Shown here: piece by piece, positions 48,310 to 58,249 of the stretch
Position numbering within the stretch: position 1 is the first letter of the stretch
Layout: every line of letters begins with the position of its first letter
Source of the DNA: an uncultured Collinsella sp.
GTDB taxonomy: Bacteria; Actinomycetota; Coriobacteriia; Coriobacteriales; Coriobacteriaceae
DNA: 64,000 nucleotides
Direction: 5' to 3'
Assembly (NCBI GenBank): GCA_947001545.1
Contig: CAMQHB010000001.1
Location: 22,446-86,445 of the forward strand
Notes under the pieces: model-generated
Seen by the model: only the letters and a program-made list of their open reading frames with translations
What the model was told of the DNA's origin: nothing
The model's database searches: none
Position numbers and translations under genes: made by a program

Positions 48310-49019
48310 AGACCGATGCCCGCGACCGCGTAATCGTCGCCCTCGACTGCGACCGTGAGCGTGCGCTCGAGCTTGCCCACGAGCTTTCGGGCCATGCCGC
48401 CTGGCTCAAGGTTGGCATGACGCTCTATTACGCTGAGGGCCCCGAGATCGTCAAGACCTTTAAGGACCTGGGCTTTAAGGTCTTCCTTGACCTTAAGTTC
48501 CATGATATTCCGCATCAGGTTCGCGGTGCCGCCCGTTCGGCCTCGCTTGCCGGTGCCGACCTGCTCTCGGTTCACGGCTTGGGTTCGGGCGCCATGCTCG
48601 CTGCCTGCCGCGAGGGTGCCGAGGAGGCGCGCGAGGACCGCGCCAAGCTCGTCGCCATCACCGTGCTCACGAGCATGAATCAGGATGCCTTGAGCGAGAT
48701 TGGCGTCGAGTCGCCGGTGGCCGAGGAGGCCGCCCGCCTGGCAAAGCTCGCTCAGGCCAACGGCATCGATGGCATCGTGTGCTCGCCGATGGAGGCTCAC
48801 GACATGCGTGAGCTGCTGGGTCCCGATGCCCTGATCGTGACTCCGGGTGTGCGTCCGGTGGGTGCCGCCTTAGGCGACCAGTCCCGCGTGGCGACGCCTT
48901 CCCAGGCTATCGAGCGTGGCGCAAGCCACATTGTGGTGGGCCGACCCATCACCGGCGCCGACGATCCGGTTGCCGCCTTTGACGCCATTGTCGCTGAGCT
49001 GGTCGAAAACGTCGCCTAA
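48303..49019 (+). CDS. pyrF: orotidine 5'-phosphate decarboxylase
   Basis: Motifs seen: VIVALDC, VFLDLKFHDIPHQV and IVVGRPIT. Confidence 0.94.
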   Translation: MLETDARDRVIVALDCDRERALELAHELSGHAAWLKVGMTLYYAEGPEIVKTFKDLGFKVFLDLKFHDIPHQVRGAARSASLAGADLLSVHGLGSGAMLAACREGAEEAREDRAKLVAITVLTSMNQDALSEIGVESPVAEEAARLAKLAQANGIDGIVCSPMEAHDMRELLGPDALIVTPGVRPVGAALGDQSRVATPSQAIERGASHIVVGRPITGADDPVAAFDAIVAELVENVA

Positions 49020-49205
49020 AAGATTCCCCTAAGTCACCACTTTTGGGTCTCATTAGCACAAAATAGCCCCTGTGCCTGCGTAAACTTTCCCATCCTTTGT
49101 GTGGAATCGCAGGTCAGGGGCTTAACTTTGGGCGCAGTATATTGCACTTTTTGCGGGTATCGTCTAACCTATGGAGCCGCAATTGCGCATTTTGTACGTT
49201 CTACG

Positions 49206-49214
49206 TGCTAAAAT
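49206..49214 (+). promoter_or_regulatory. candidate extended -10 promoter (TGcTAAAAT) for the mIHF-gmk-rpoZ unit
   Basis: tgctaaaat lies 45 nt upstream of the ATG at 49259. Confidence 0.3.
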
Positions 49215-49258
49215 GCCAATTATTGAATCAGATATAACCCAACTTTTTGGAGGTACGA

Positions 49259-49567
49259 ATGGCACTCCCTCAGCTTACCGATGAGCAGCGCAAGCAGGCT
49301 CTTGAGAAGGCTGCTGCCGCACGTCACGCCCGCGCTGAGCTTCGCGAGCAGATCAAGAAGGGCGAGAAGTCCCTTGAGTCCGTGCTCAACTCCGATGACC
49401 CCATCGCTTCCCGCATGAAGGTTTCCACCCTCATCGAGTCTCTCCCTGGTTATGGCAAGGCCAAGGCCGCCAAGATCATGGAGGAGCTCGGTATCTCCGC
49501 TACCCGTCGCGTCCAGGGCCTCGGCGTCCGTCAGCGCGAGCAGCTCCTCGAGCAGCTGACCAAATAA
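49259..49567 (+). CDS. mihF: actinobacterial-type integration host factor (mIHF)
   Basis: The sequence is MALPQLTDEQRKQALEKAAAAR...KVSTLIESLPGYGKAKAAKIMEELGI. The pyrF-mihF-gmk-rpoZ synteny is conserved. Confidence 0.85.
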   Translation: MALPQLTDEQRKQALEKAAAARHARAELREQIKKGEKSLESVLNSDDPIASRMKVSTLIESLPGYGKAKAAKIMEELGISATRRVQGLGVRQREQLLEQLTK

Positions 49568-50137
49568 GTGAGCGCTCAGGATTCCAAGCTCTTTGTGATT
49601 TCTGGACCGTCAGGCGCAGGCAAGGGTACGCTCGTCACTCGTGTGCGCGAGCGCCGCTCGAACCTGGGCCTGACGGTTTCGGCTACCACGCGAGCACCAC
49701 GCAAAGGTGAGGTCGACGGCGTCAACTACTTTTTTCTGACGCGCGAGGAGTTCGACCGCCGCGTGGCAAACGGTGAGTTTGTTGAGTGGGCCGAGGTCCA
49801 CGGTAACTGCTACGGCACGTTGGTGAGCGAGGTCACATCCAAGCTCGCCTCGGGCGCGTCTCTGATTTTGGAGATTGATGTCCAGGGCGCCCTGCAGGTG
49901 AAGGAACGTTTCCCCGAGGCCGTGTTGATCTTTATCAAGCCGCCTTCGCTTGAGGTTCTTCGCGAGCGTCTAGTCGGTCGCGGTACCGAGACGCCCGAGA
50001 CGATTGAGCTGCGTATGGCAAACGCCGCCGATGAGCTTGCCCTTGCCGACCGCTACGACGACGTCGTGGTTAATGACGATCTCGACCGCGCGACCGATGA
50101 GCTCGTTCGCGTTCTCGATATGCATGAAAGGATCTGA
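49568..50137 (+). CDS. gmk: guanylate kinase
   Basis: It has a ISGPSGAGKGTL P-loop, plus TTRAPRKGEVDGVNYFF and EWAEVHGNCYGT. GTG start. Confidence 0.94.
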   Translation: MSAQDSKLFVISGPSGAGKGTLVTRVRERRSNLGLTVSATTRAPRKGEVDGVNYFFLTREEFDRRVANGEFVEWAEVHGNCYGTLVSEVTSKLASGASLILEIDVQGALQVKERFPEAVLIFIKPPSLEVLRERLVGRGTETPETIELRMANAADELALADRYDDVVVNDDLDRATDELVRVLDMHERI

Positions 50138-50142
50138 GGTCC

Positions 50143-50424
50143 GTGTCCGTTGTAAAGCCTTGCATTGACGATCTTCTGGAGAAGACCGATCACAACCGCT
50201 TCCTGCTCGCTTCGCTTGCCTCCAAGCGCGCCTGCGACATTAACAGCATGCTGCGTGGCCAGCACAACCGCGTGCTTGCCGTCCAGGATGTCGATGACAT
50301 CACCATCGGGCTTTCCGGTGCCGATACCATCTCGATGGCTATGGACGAGATTGTCGACGGCGACATCTCTTACGACGAGGCCCGTTACGAGAAGGCGCTC
50401 GGCCACAAGGTTGCTGAAGCCTAA
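50143..50424 (+). CDS. rpoZ: DNA-directed RNA polymerase subunit omega
   Basis: IDDLLEKTDHNRFLLASLASKRA is the omega core sequence. Confidence 0.9.
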   Translation: MSVVKPCIDDLLEKTDHNRFLLASLASKRACDINSMLRGQHNRVLAVQDVDDITIGLSGADTISMAMDEIVDGDISYDEARYEKALGHKVAEA

Positions 50425-51669
50425 ATGGCGGCTCGCGTCTGCCTGGTCCACTATCACGAGGTTGGACTGAAGGGTAAGAACCGCGCACATTTTGAGCATA
50501 TCCTCATGGATAACATCAAGGCGGCCTTGGCCGCCTTTTCCGTGAATGCCGTGTCTCGAATTTCCGGTTATATCCTCGTGACCTTTAACGAGCATCAGGC
50601 CGACGAGGCGGCGCGTGTCATTCGCACCGTTCCCGGCGTTGCTCGCGTGTCTTTGGCGTATCACACCAATCGCGACCCTCAGGAGTACTGTGCCGCCGCC
50701 GTCAAGGCGCTGCGCGAGTTTGGTTCCTTCGATTCGTTTAAGGTGCATGCCAAGCGCTCCAATACCGACTATGAGCTCACCTCGATTGACATCAATCGTC
50801 AGGTGGGCGAGGTGTTGTGTGAGGCCTTCCCCGATAAAAAGGTTCAAATGCACGACCCCGATGCCATGGTGCACGTACTGGTGGTTCAGGGTAGCGTTTA
50901 TGTGTACGCGCGCTCCGAGCGCGGCGTGGGCGGTCTGCCGGTGGGTTCTGCCGGCAAGGTCGTGACGCTGCTGTCGTCGGGTATCGATTCTCCGGTGGCG
51001 ACTTGGATGCTCGCGCGTCGCGGTGCGGTGTGCGTGCCGGTACATTTCTCCGGTCGTCCGCAGACGCCCGATACGAGCGAGTATTTGGTACAGGACATCA
51101 TCCGTGCGCTTGAGCCGGGTGTCCAGATCGGTCGCCTGTACGTGGTGCCGTTTGGCGACTGCCAGCGTGAGATTTCGGTCACCTGTCCCAGCAACCTGCG
51201 CGTGATCATGTATCGCCGCATTATGTATTCGGTTGCCGAGCGCATTGCACACATCGAGGGCGCCAAGGCCATCGTTACGGGTGAATCGCTTGGGCAGGTT
51301 GCCTCCCAAACGCTTGAGAACATCATGGCCGTCAACGAGGCCGTGAAGATCCCCGTGTTCCGTCCTCTCATCGGTTCGGACAAGCAGGAGATCATCGCTC
51401 GCGCCGAGGAGATCGGTACGTTCGATATCTCGACTGAGGCCGCTCCCGACTGCTGCACGCTGTTTATGCCGCGCCGTCCCGAGACGCACGCTAAACTCGA
51501 TGCCGTGCATGAGGCTTGGGAGTTGTTCGATCACGAGGAGATGATCGAGCGCCTGCTCAAGCAGACCGAGTACATCGACTTCGAGAGCAACACGTATAAG
51601 GCCCCTAAGACCTTAAAACGCAACCATTCGGAGCTTGCTCCGCGTGAGATTTACCAAGATCACGAGTAA
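50425..51669 (+). CDS. thiI: tRNA 4-thiouridine(8) synthase ThiI (no rhodanese domain)
   Basis: It begins YHEVGLKGKNR, contains a THUMP region, has an LLSSGIDSPVA PP-loop and contains GESLGQVASQT. Confidence 0.9.
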   Translation: MAARVCLVHYHEVGLKGKNRAHFEHILMDNIKAALAAFSVNAVSRISGYILVTFNEHQADEAARVIRTVPGVARVSLAYHTNRDPQEYCAAAVKALREFGSFDSFKVHAKRSNTDYELTSIDINRQVGEVLCEAFPDKKVQMHDPDAMVHVLVVQGSVYVYARSERGVGGLPVGSAGKVVTLLSSGIDSPVATWMLARRGAVCVPVHFSGRPQTPDTSEYLVQDIIRALEPGVQIGRLYVVPFGDCQREISVTCPSNLRVIMYRRIMYSVAERIAHIEGAKAIVTGESLGQVASQTLENIMAVNEAVKIPVFRPLIGSDKQEIIARAEEIGTFDISTEAAPDCCTLFMPRRPETHAKLDAVHEAWELFDHEEMIERLLKQTEYIDFESNTYKAPKTLKRNHSELAPREIYQDHE

Positions 51670-51679
51670 ATTTGTGCAT

Positions 51680-51712
51680 AGACCGACGATGCGCCTGCAT
51701 CGTCGGTCTTTT
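51680..51712 (+). terminator. intrinsic terminator after thiI
   Basis: agaccgacgatgc-gcct-gcatcgtcggtct forms a perfect 13-bp stem and is followed by ttt. Confidence 0.8.
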
Positions 51713-51882
51713 GCTATCTGGGCATTTTGCGGCTAAGTGTTCATTTGCTGACGTGTGCCTGAATAAATGGACAGATTTGTGCAAGGTTTTGGTCGGCTTT
51801 TGGTTTGACCGCGAAAACCGGTTTTGGAGAATGGCTGTTGCAGGACTCTTTTCCTGACACGATGGTGTTGGGAGGTTTTGCT

Positions 51883-52596
51883 ATGGCGCAGCGCGAACAA
51901 CACGAACGGGTCAAACGGATGGACCGCTTGGCGGACAAGCTGCTCGGTCATAAGGCGGTGGTGATGGCGATACTTGTCGTCATTGCGATGGCGAGTGGAC
52001 TGGCGATGGCGAACCTTGGCGGCGGTGCCGGCAGTGTGTCGTTTGAGCGCACTGATGGTTCGGGTTCGTTGGTGGAGCCGGGATCCGGCGATGCTTCGAG
52101 CGGAAAGACATCCGAAGGCTCTTCGTCTAAGGCTTCTGCCGCGGCAGAGGTCTATGTCGATGTCGATGGCGCCGTTGTGTCGCCCGGTGTATATCGTCTC
52201 AAGGACGGCGCGCGGGTGGCTCAGGCGATTGATGCCGCCGGCGGGCTGGCGCTCGAGGCAGACGTTACGGGGCTCAATCGGGCATCTAAGGTCGTCGATG
52301 GACAGAAGATTCACGTTCCAACGGTAGGGGAGCAGCAGGCGTCCATTGCGGAAGCCGGTGTTGATGGTGGGGCTTCCGCATCATCGGGCGTGAGTGGCGC
52401 AACAGGCCTAGTAAATATCAATACGGCAAGCGCGGCAGAGCTGCAGACGCTTTCGGGCATCGGCCCCTCCATGGCCCAGTCGATTATCGATGAGCGGACA
52501 AAGAACGGTGCTTTTTCTTCGGTTGACGATCTGATGCGTGTGTCGGGAATCGGCGAGAAGAAGCTTGCCAAAATCAAAGATTGCATCTGCGTATGA
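51883..52596 (+). CDS. comEA: competence protein ComEA (membrane-anchored helix-hairpin-helix DNA receptor)
   Basis: It has an N-terminal TM segment, a SLBB-like region (GAVVSPGVYRL) and a tandem HhH (VNINTASAAELQTLSGIGPSMAQSI...VSGIGEKKL). A ggagg RBS precedes the ATG at 51883. Confidence 0.88.
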   Translation: MAQREQHERVKRMDRLADKLLGHKAVVMAILVVIAMASGLAMANLGGGAGSVSFERTDGSGSLVEPGSGDASSGKTSEGSSSKASAAAEVYVDVDGAVVSPGVYRLKDGARVAQAIDAAGGLALEADVTGLNRASKVVDGQKIHVPTVGEQQASIAEAGVDGGASASSGVSGATGLVNINTASAAELQTLSGIGPSMAQSIIDERTKNGAFSSVDDLMRVSGIGEKKLAKIKDCICV

Positions 52597-54896
52597 GTGC
52601 GACCGAGCGCGAGCACGTGATGCCTCCGCGGCCCCTGATGCCGTGGACGATGGCCCTGTGTGCCGGCATGTGCATGAGCTGCGTCTTGGTGCTCAACATG
52701 GTCGCTGATGCGCTGCTGAGGGAGCGGGCTCCGGCGGTCGGGCCGCTATGGGCCATTCCCGTTGCGGCGGCGGTATTCGTTGTGCTGGCTCAATCTTGTG
52801 CGCGGCTTGCCCCTTTGAAGCGGTGGCTGTATGCCGCGTCCGTCGGTCTCGTGGCGGGAGCGGTCGTCTCGGTGTGGTGGGCTTTGGGCACGCTGAGTGC
52901 CTCGAAGGCGCTCGATGGTCGAGCGGCAAGTAGCCTCGAGTTTGTCGTGCAGGGTGATCCATCCATAAACGACGACGTGTATTCCTATACCTGCGAGGCA
53001 TGCGCGGACGGTAAGAACCTGGCAACGGTTCGCCTATCGTTTGACCGCGAGCTCAAGGTCGGGGCGCACGTGCGTGTTATCGGTCGCGTTTCACGTTTTG
53101 AGAACGATGCGTATGGACGATCGCGCGTGCTCCGAGGTGAGGTGCGCAAGGTTAAAGTCGTTCGGATTTTGTCGGTCGATGAGGACTCTCCGGGGCCGCT
53201 TCTTCGGATGCGAAATGGGCTGCTTGCGTCCATCGCGCCTGCGACCGACCCGGCGCGTGCACTCATAGCCGGTGTCGCCTGCGGTCGTTCGGCCGAGCTG
53301 CGCGCCCAGCCGGCGGGCGACTGGTTTTCGGTGACGGGAACGGCGCATCTTATCGCCGTCTCGGGCAGCCATTTGGCTATCGTGGGGTTTGTAATCGAGG
53401 GTGTATTGCAAAAGACTCGGTTCTCGCGTGGTCTTCAGCGGGCGATATTGGCGATAACGCTTGTGGGCTACGTTGCCTTTACGGGCGCGTCTCCCTCGGC
53501 CGTGCGCGCGTGCTGCATGTTGTTCGCGACGCTTGTCGTAAACGGCGCGGGGCGTCGCCGGCACGGACTTTCGGCACTCTTCGTAACCATGTCCATCTTT
53601 GTGCTGCTGCGGCCGACGGTTCTGTTCGAGATGGGCTTTCAGCTTTCATGTGCCAGCGTCTTAGCCATTCTGTGCTTTTGCCCCTATGCGACCTACGCTT
53701 TGGGTGAGCTTAGTGTTCCGTCGGGCGTTGCCGGCATGCTTTCCGTCACGCTGTGCTCGCAACTGGCGACACTTCCCATTACCATTCCTGCCTTTGGTAC
53801 GTTCTCGCTCATTGCTCCGCTGGCAAATGCGGTCCTCGGTCCGGTGGTGAGTGTACTGCTCGTCGTGTCGATCGTGCTGGTTCCCTTTTCGCTCGTGGCG
53901 CCGTTGCGGACTTGGGCGCTCGTTGTGCCCATGATTGCCGCCCGTTGCGCGCTGTTCTTTGAGCAGCTGTTTGCCGCCGTGCCGGGTGCATCCGTGAGCG
54001 TGCCGCCCGATAGCATGTGGATTTACCTAGTGCCGTGTTTGCTGGCGGTTCTGCTTGTCTGGTGGCCGCGTCCCCGTGCACGTCCTATGTCGGTGGGGCT
54101 TTCATGCCTGGTGCTCTTGGCTGCGATTCCGTACGTCTACTGGGATCGATTCGCTCCGCCTTCGGTGACGGTGCTCGATGTGGGCCAGGCCGATGCGATT
54201 CTTATTCGCCAGGGCGGCGCAGTGGCGCTCGTCGACTGCGGGCTCGACGAGCGCGTGGTGGCGGCGTTGGTTCGCAATAACGTGCACCATATCGATGCCG
54301 TCTTTGTGACGCATTGGGATGAGGATCACTGGGGTGGTCTGCCTGCCGTGCTTGAACAGTTTTCGGTCGGAACGATTGCCGTGGCGGCGGATGCGCTGGA
54401 GGATGCTCCTGCTGAGGTATTGAACCGACCTGGCGTGGAGTATCGGCAGGTGCGCCGTGGGGATACGGTCGATATCGGCTCATTTTGCGCCCGCGTGATG
54501 TGGCCATTCGAGGCCGTGGATGGCGAGGGAAATGAGGACTCGCTTGTCCTGTTGCTCTCTTATGATCAGGAAGGCAAGGGCCTGCGCATACTACTCACCG
54601 GTGATGCCGAGCTCGACCAAGAACGGGAATTCGTGCAGGAGGTGGGGGATATCGATGTCCTTAAACTTGGGCATCACGGCTCTAAGGTTTCAGTCGATGG
54701 TCAGTTGCTGGACGTCCTGAAGCCCGAGCTTTCCCTCGCGAGCGCGGGCGAGGGGAATCGATACGGCCATCCGTCCGATGCCTGCATCGATGCCGTTAAG
54801 GAAGCGGGCGGCGTTTTCGCGTGCACTATCGAACACGGCGACATTACCGTCACGCCGACTGCGAATGGCTTTGCGATGCGATGCCAGCAACCGTGA
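52593..54896 (+). CDS. comEC: DNA internalisation competence protein ComEC/Rec2 with metallo-beta-lactamase domain
   Basis: It has a polytopic competence domain (GTAHLIAVSGSHL) and a C-terminal MBL domain (VLDVGQADAILI...THWDEDHWGG...LKLGHHGS). It has an ATGA overlap with the comEA stop. Confidence 0.9.
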   Translation: MSATEREHVMPPRPLMPWTMALCAGMCMSCVLVLNMVADALLRERAPAVGPLWAIPVAAAVFVVLAQSCARLAPLKRWLYAASVGLVAGAVVSVWWALGTLSASKALDGRAASSLEFVVQGDPSINDDVYSYTCEACADGKNLATVRLSFDRELKVGAHVRVIGRVSRFENDAYGRSRVLRGEVRKVKVVRILSVDEDSPGPLLRMRNGLLASIAPATDPARALIAGVACGRSAELRAQPAGDWFSVTGTAHLIAVSGSHLAIVGFVIEGVLQKTRFSRGLQRAILAITLVGYVAFTGASPSAVRACCMLFATLVVNGAGRRRHGLSALFVTMSIFVLLRPTVLFEMGFQLSCASVLAILCFCPYATYALGELSVPSGVAGMLSVTLCSQLATLPITIPAFGTFSLIAPLANAVLGPVVSVLLVVSIVLVPFSLVAPLRTWALVVPMIAARCALFFEQLFAAVPGASVSVPPDSMWIYLVPCLLAVLLVWWPRPRARPMSVGLSCLVLLAAIPYVYWDRFAPPSVTVLDVGQADAILIRQGGAVALVDCGLDERVVAALVRNNVHHIDAVFVTHWDEDHWGGLPAVLEQFSVGTIAVAADALEDAPAEVLNRPGVEYRQVRRGDTVDIGSFCARVMWPFEAVDGEGNEDSLVLLLSYDQEGKGLRILLTGDAELDQEREFVQEVGDIDVLKLGHHGSKVSVDGQLLDVLKPELSLASAGEGNRYGHPSDACIDAVKEAGGVFACTIEHGDITVTPTANGFAMRCQQP

Positions 54897-54974
54897 TGAC
54901 ATCGTTGGCGCGCGGTGGGCCCCTGGGCTAGAATGGCACGGAGCGAATACGAAGGCCTGCGGGAAGGGAGCGCG

Positions 54975-55937
54975 ATGTCCGAAACCGGTCTGTTGCCTGC
55001 ATATCTGATCGTCGGTACCGACGGAGTCAAGCGCGATCACGCCGTCTCGCGTATGAAAGCGCGTCTGGAAAAGACGGGCATGGTCGAGTTCAACCTCGAC
55101 GAGCGCGATATGACCAAAGACCCCGATATCGAGTCGATTATCGGATCGCTCAACACCTTTCCGATGGGCAGTGAGTTTCGCCTGGTAATCCTTGATGGCT
55201 GCTCAAAGCTCGCCAAGGCGGTCTCGGAGCCGCTCGTCGAGTATCTGGCGAGTCCCAGCCCCACAACGGTTTGCCTCATAATCGCCGATTCGCTTGCCAA
55301 GAACACGCGCCTGTACAAGGCAATCGCCAAGATTGACAAGAAGGCCGTGATCGATTGCTCCGGCACCAAGCGCTGGGAGCTTCCGCGCCGCGTGCAGCAG
55401 ATGGCGACGCAGCATGGCAAGTCGATCTCGACGGCGGCCGCCGAGGAACTTGTCTCGCGTTCGGGTGAAAACACTCGCATGCTCGATAACGACTTGGCTA
55501 AGCTTGCCCAAATGGTTGAGGCGCCTCAGATTGAGCTTGCCGATGTGGAACGCTGGATCGTGCGCACGGCCGAAGTCCAGCCCTGGGACTTTCTCAATGC
55601 GGTCTCGGCACGTGACATGCGCCGCTCACTCGAGCTTTTCAATCTACTGCCCTCCAAGAGCTACGTGTGGACCTACACATTGCTGTGCGGCCGCATTCGC
55701 GAGCTTATCGTTGCCAAGGCGCTCGATGCGCGCGGACAGGGTCGTGAGCTGGCCGCAACGCTCAAGCTCCAGTCCTGGCAGGTCAAGAATCACCTGACCT
55801 GGGCACGTCGCTTTTCGATGGCAGAGCTCGTCGCAGCGCTCGAGGGTGCGGTCGATGTGGAGCTCGCGCTCAAGGGTTCGGCCGATTCTCGGACCGCGCT
55901 TTTGCTCTGGATTACGAACATCTTGAGAAAATCGTGA
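54975..55937 (+). CDS. holA: DNA polymerase III delta subunit
   Basis: The N-terminus PAYLIVGTD matches HolA, as do the size and the conserved position after comEC. A gggaaggga RBS precedes the ATG at 54975. Confidence 0.8.
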   Translation: MSETGLLPAYLIVGTDGVKRDHAVSRMKARLEKTGMVEFNLDERDMTKDPDIESIIGSLNTFPMGSEFRLVILDGCSKLAKAVSEPLVEYLASPSPTTVCLIIADSLAKNTRLYKAIAKIDKKAVIDCSGTKRWELPRRVQQMATQHGKSISTAAAEELVSRSGENTRMLDNDLAKLAQMVEAPQIELADVERWIVRTAEVQPWDFLNAVSARDMRRSLELFNLLPSKSYVWTYTLLCGRIRELIVAKALDARGQGRELAATLKLQSWQVKNHLTWARRFSMAELVAALEGAVDVELALKGSADSRTALLLWITNILRKS

Positions 55938-55986
55938 TGATACCTGCCTATTTGACAAATTCGTTCTATCCCTTTGAGGGGGAGCG

Positions 55987-56043
55987 TGCTATAGTAAGCG
56001 CTTGCATGACCTCACCGTGTCTCAGAGGTGTCATACATTTTTT
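55987..56043 (+). promoter_or_regulatory. candidate extended -10 promoter (TGcTATAGT) plus 5'-proximal hairpin and T-run in the rpsT leader
   Basis: tgctatagt is at 55987-55995. The hairpin catgacctc...gaggtgtcat at 56005-56034 is followed by acatttttt. Confidence 0.35.
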
Positions 56044-56070
56044 GCAAGGAACTCGAAAGGAACTCCAGAA

Positions 56071-56337
56071 GTGGCAAACATCAAGTCTCAGAAGAAGCGT
56101 ATCCGCACCAATGAGGCAGCTCGCATGCGTAACAAGGCTGTCAAGTCCGAGCTCAAGACGCTGACCAAGCACGTCCAGTCCGCCGTCGCCGAGGGCGACG
56201 CCGAGAAGGCCCAGGCTGCACTCAAGACCGTCACCAAGCGTCTCGACATGGCTGCCGCCAAGCATGTTATCCACAAGAACCAGGCTTCCAACCGCAAGTC
56301 CGGTCTTGCCAAGCTCGTGAACAGCATCAACGCCTAA
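56071..56337 (+). CDS. rpsT: 30S ribosomal protein S20
   Basis: (V)[14 protein letters not shown] is the canonical S20 N-terminus. It uses a GTG start after a gaaagga RBS. Confidence 0.93.
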   Translation: MANIKSQKKRIRTNEAARMRNKAVKSELKTLTKHVQSAVAEGDAEKAQAALKTVTKRLDMAAAKHVIHKNQASNRKSGLAKLVNSINA

Positions 56338-56372
56338 GTTGTAAATTTCACATCACACAGATTACGCGCATA

Positions 56373-56409
56373 AATGGAGCCTGTTTTATGGAACAGGCTC
56401 CATTTTTTG
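56373..56409 (+). terminator. intrinsic terminator after rpsT
   Basis: The stem aatggagcctgtt...aacaggctccatt is followed by ttttt. The ORF-track lepA start (56374) lies inside it and is therefore not used. Confidence 0.85.
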
Positions 56410-56433
56410 TATCGCTCGGGTAAGATAGTCCGC

Positions 56434-58245
56434 ATGAATACTTCAATTGACATTTCCCACATCCGCAACTTCTCGATTGTTGCGCACATCGACCATGGCA
56501 AGTCCACGATCAGTGACCGCATTCTCGAGCTCACCCATACCGTTGACGAGCGCGATATGGAGTCGCAGCTGCTCGACACTATGGATATCGAGCGCGAGCG
56601 CGGCATCACGATCAAGTCCAATGCCGTTCGCGTGTCCTATGACGCCGACGATGGCGAGACGTATCAGTTCAATCTGATCGATACGCCGGGCCACGTGGAC
56701 TTTACCTACGAGGTCTCGCGCTCGCTGGCAGCCTGTGAGGGCGCGGTGCTCGTTGTCGACGCCACGCAGGGCGTCGAGGCGCAGACCGTCTCCAACGCGA
56801 CGCTCGCCATGAACGCCAATCTGGACATTGTGCCGGCCATCAACAAGATTGACCTGCCCTCGGCCCATCCCGATGAGGTTAAGACCGAGATCGAGGATGA
56901 CCTGGCGATTCCTGCCGATGATGCCGTGTGTGTCTCGGGCAAGACCGGCGAGGGCATCCACGATCTGCTAGAGTCCATTGTCTTTTTGATCTCTCCGCCC
57001 AAGGGCGATGCGAACGCGCCGCTCAAGGCACTCATTCTGGATTCGTACTTCGACGAGTATCGTGGCGTCGTCGCCACGGTGCGCGTCTTTGACGGATCCA
57101 TCAAAAAAGGCGATACCCTGCGCATGATGCAGGCAAAGGGCGACTTTTTGGTCGATGGCGTGGGCGTCAAGCGTCCCGCCGAGACCCCGGTCGACGCGCT
57201 GACGGTCGGCGAGGTCGGATACGTGGTCACGGGCCTGAAGGACCCCGAGGCCGTTCGCGTGGGCGATACCCTCACGTGGGCGTCGAATCCCTGCCCCGAG
57301 CCGCTTCCCGGTTACCGCGAGGCCAAGCCCATGGTCTATACGGGCCTGTTCCCGATCGATAACAAGGACTACGAGAACCTGCGTGATGCGCTCGATAAGC
57401 TGCACGTCAACGACCCGTCGTTGGTGTGGGAGCCCGAGACCTCGGTGGCGCTCGGCTTTGGCTTCCGCGTGGGCTTCCTGGGCCTGCTGCACATGGAAGT
57501 CGTCAAGGAGCGCCTGGAGCGCGAGTTCAACTTGGACCTCATTGCCACGAGCCCCTCGGTGGACTATCACGTCTACAAGACTGACGGCGAGATGATTGAT
57601 GTCCGTAGCCCGCAGGATCTGCCCGAGGCTACGCGCATCGAGCGTATCGAGGAGCCCTACCTCAAGGCAAAGATCATCTGCCCGCCCGAGTATACGGGTG
57701 CCGTCATGCAGCTCGCTATCGAGCACCGCGGCATTACTACCGACATGATCCATCTCACGAGCAAGTCGGTCGAGATGCGCTTTGATATGCCGCTTGCCGA
57801 GCTCATCTTGGACTTCTTCGATCAGCTCAAGAGCCGTACCAAGGGCTATGCCTCGCTCGACTACGAGTTCAACGAGTACCGTCCATCTGAGCTTGTGAAG
57901 CTCGATATCCTGCTTTCGGGCGACGAGGTGGACGCGCTGTCGTTTATCGTCCACAAGGACAAGGCCTACGGTCTTGCCCGCGGCCTGTGCGACAAGCTTA
58001 AGGAGATTATCCCGCGTCAGCTGTTCGAGGTGCCCATCCAGGGTGCTATCGGCAACAAGATCATTGCCCGCTCCACCGTCAAGGCGCGTCGCAAGGACGT
58101 GCTTGCTAAGTGCTACGGCGGCGATATCTCGCGTAAGCGCAAGCTGCTCGAGAAGCAGAAAGAGGGCAAGAAGCGCATGAAGGCCATCGGATCGGTCGAG
58201 GTCCCGCAGGAGGCCTTTATGGCGATCCTCAAGGTGGACGAGTAG
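56434..58245 (+). CDS. lepA: elongation factor 4 (LepA)
   Basis: Motifs seen: [24 protein letters not shown] and NKID. The LepA C-terminal domain ([22 protein letters not shown]) is present. Confidence 0.96.
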   Translation: MNTSIDISHIRNFSIVAHIDHGKSTISDRILELTHTVDERDMESQLLDTMDIERERGITIKSNAVRVSYDADDGETYQFNLIDTPGHVDFTYEVSRSLAACEGAVLVVDATQGVEAQTVSNATLAMNANLDIVPAINKIDLPSAHPDEVKTEIEDDLAIPADDAVCVSGKTGEGIHDLLESIVFLISPPKGDANAPLKALILDSYFDEYRGVVATVRVFDGSIKKGDTLRMMQAKGDFLVDGVGVKRPAETPVDALTVGEVGYVVTGLKDPEAVRVGDTLTWASNPCPEPLPGYREAKPMVYTGLFPIDNKDYENLRDALDKLHVNDPSLVWEPETSVALGFGFRVGFLGLLHMEVVKERLEREFNLDLIATSPSVDYHVYKTDGEMIDVRSPQDLPEATRIERIEEPYLKAKIICPPEYTGAVMQLAIEHRGITTDMIHLTSKSVEMRFDMPLAELILDFFDQLKSRTKGYASLDYEFNEYRPSELVKLDILLSGDEVDALSFIVHKDKAYGLARGLCDKLKEIIPRQLFEVPIQGAIGNKIIARSTVKARRKDVLAKCYGGDISRKRKLLEKQKEGKKRMKAIGSVEVPQEAFMAILKVDE

Positions 58246-58249
58246 GTCT

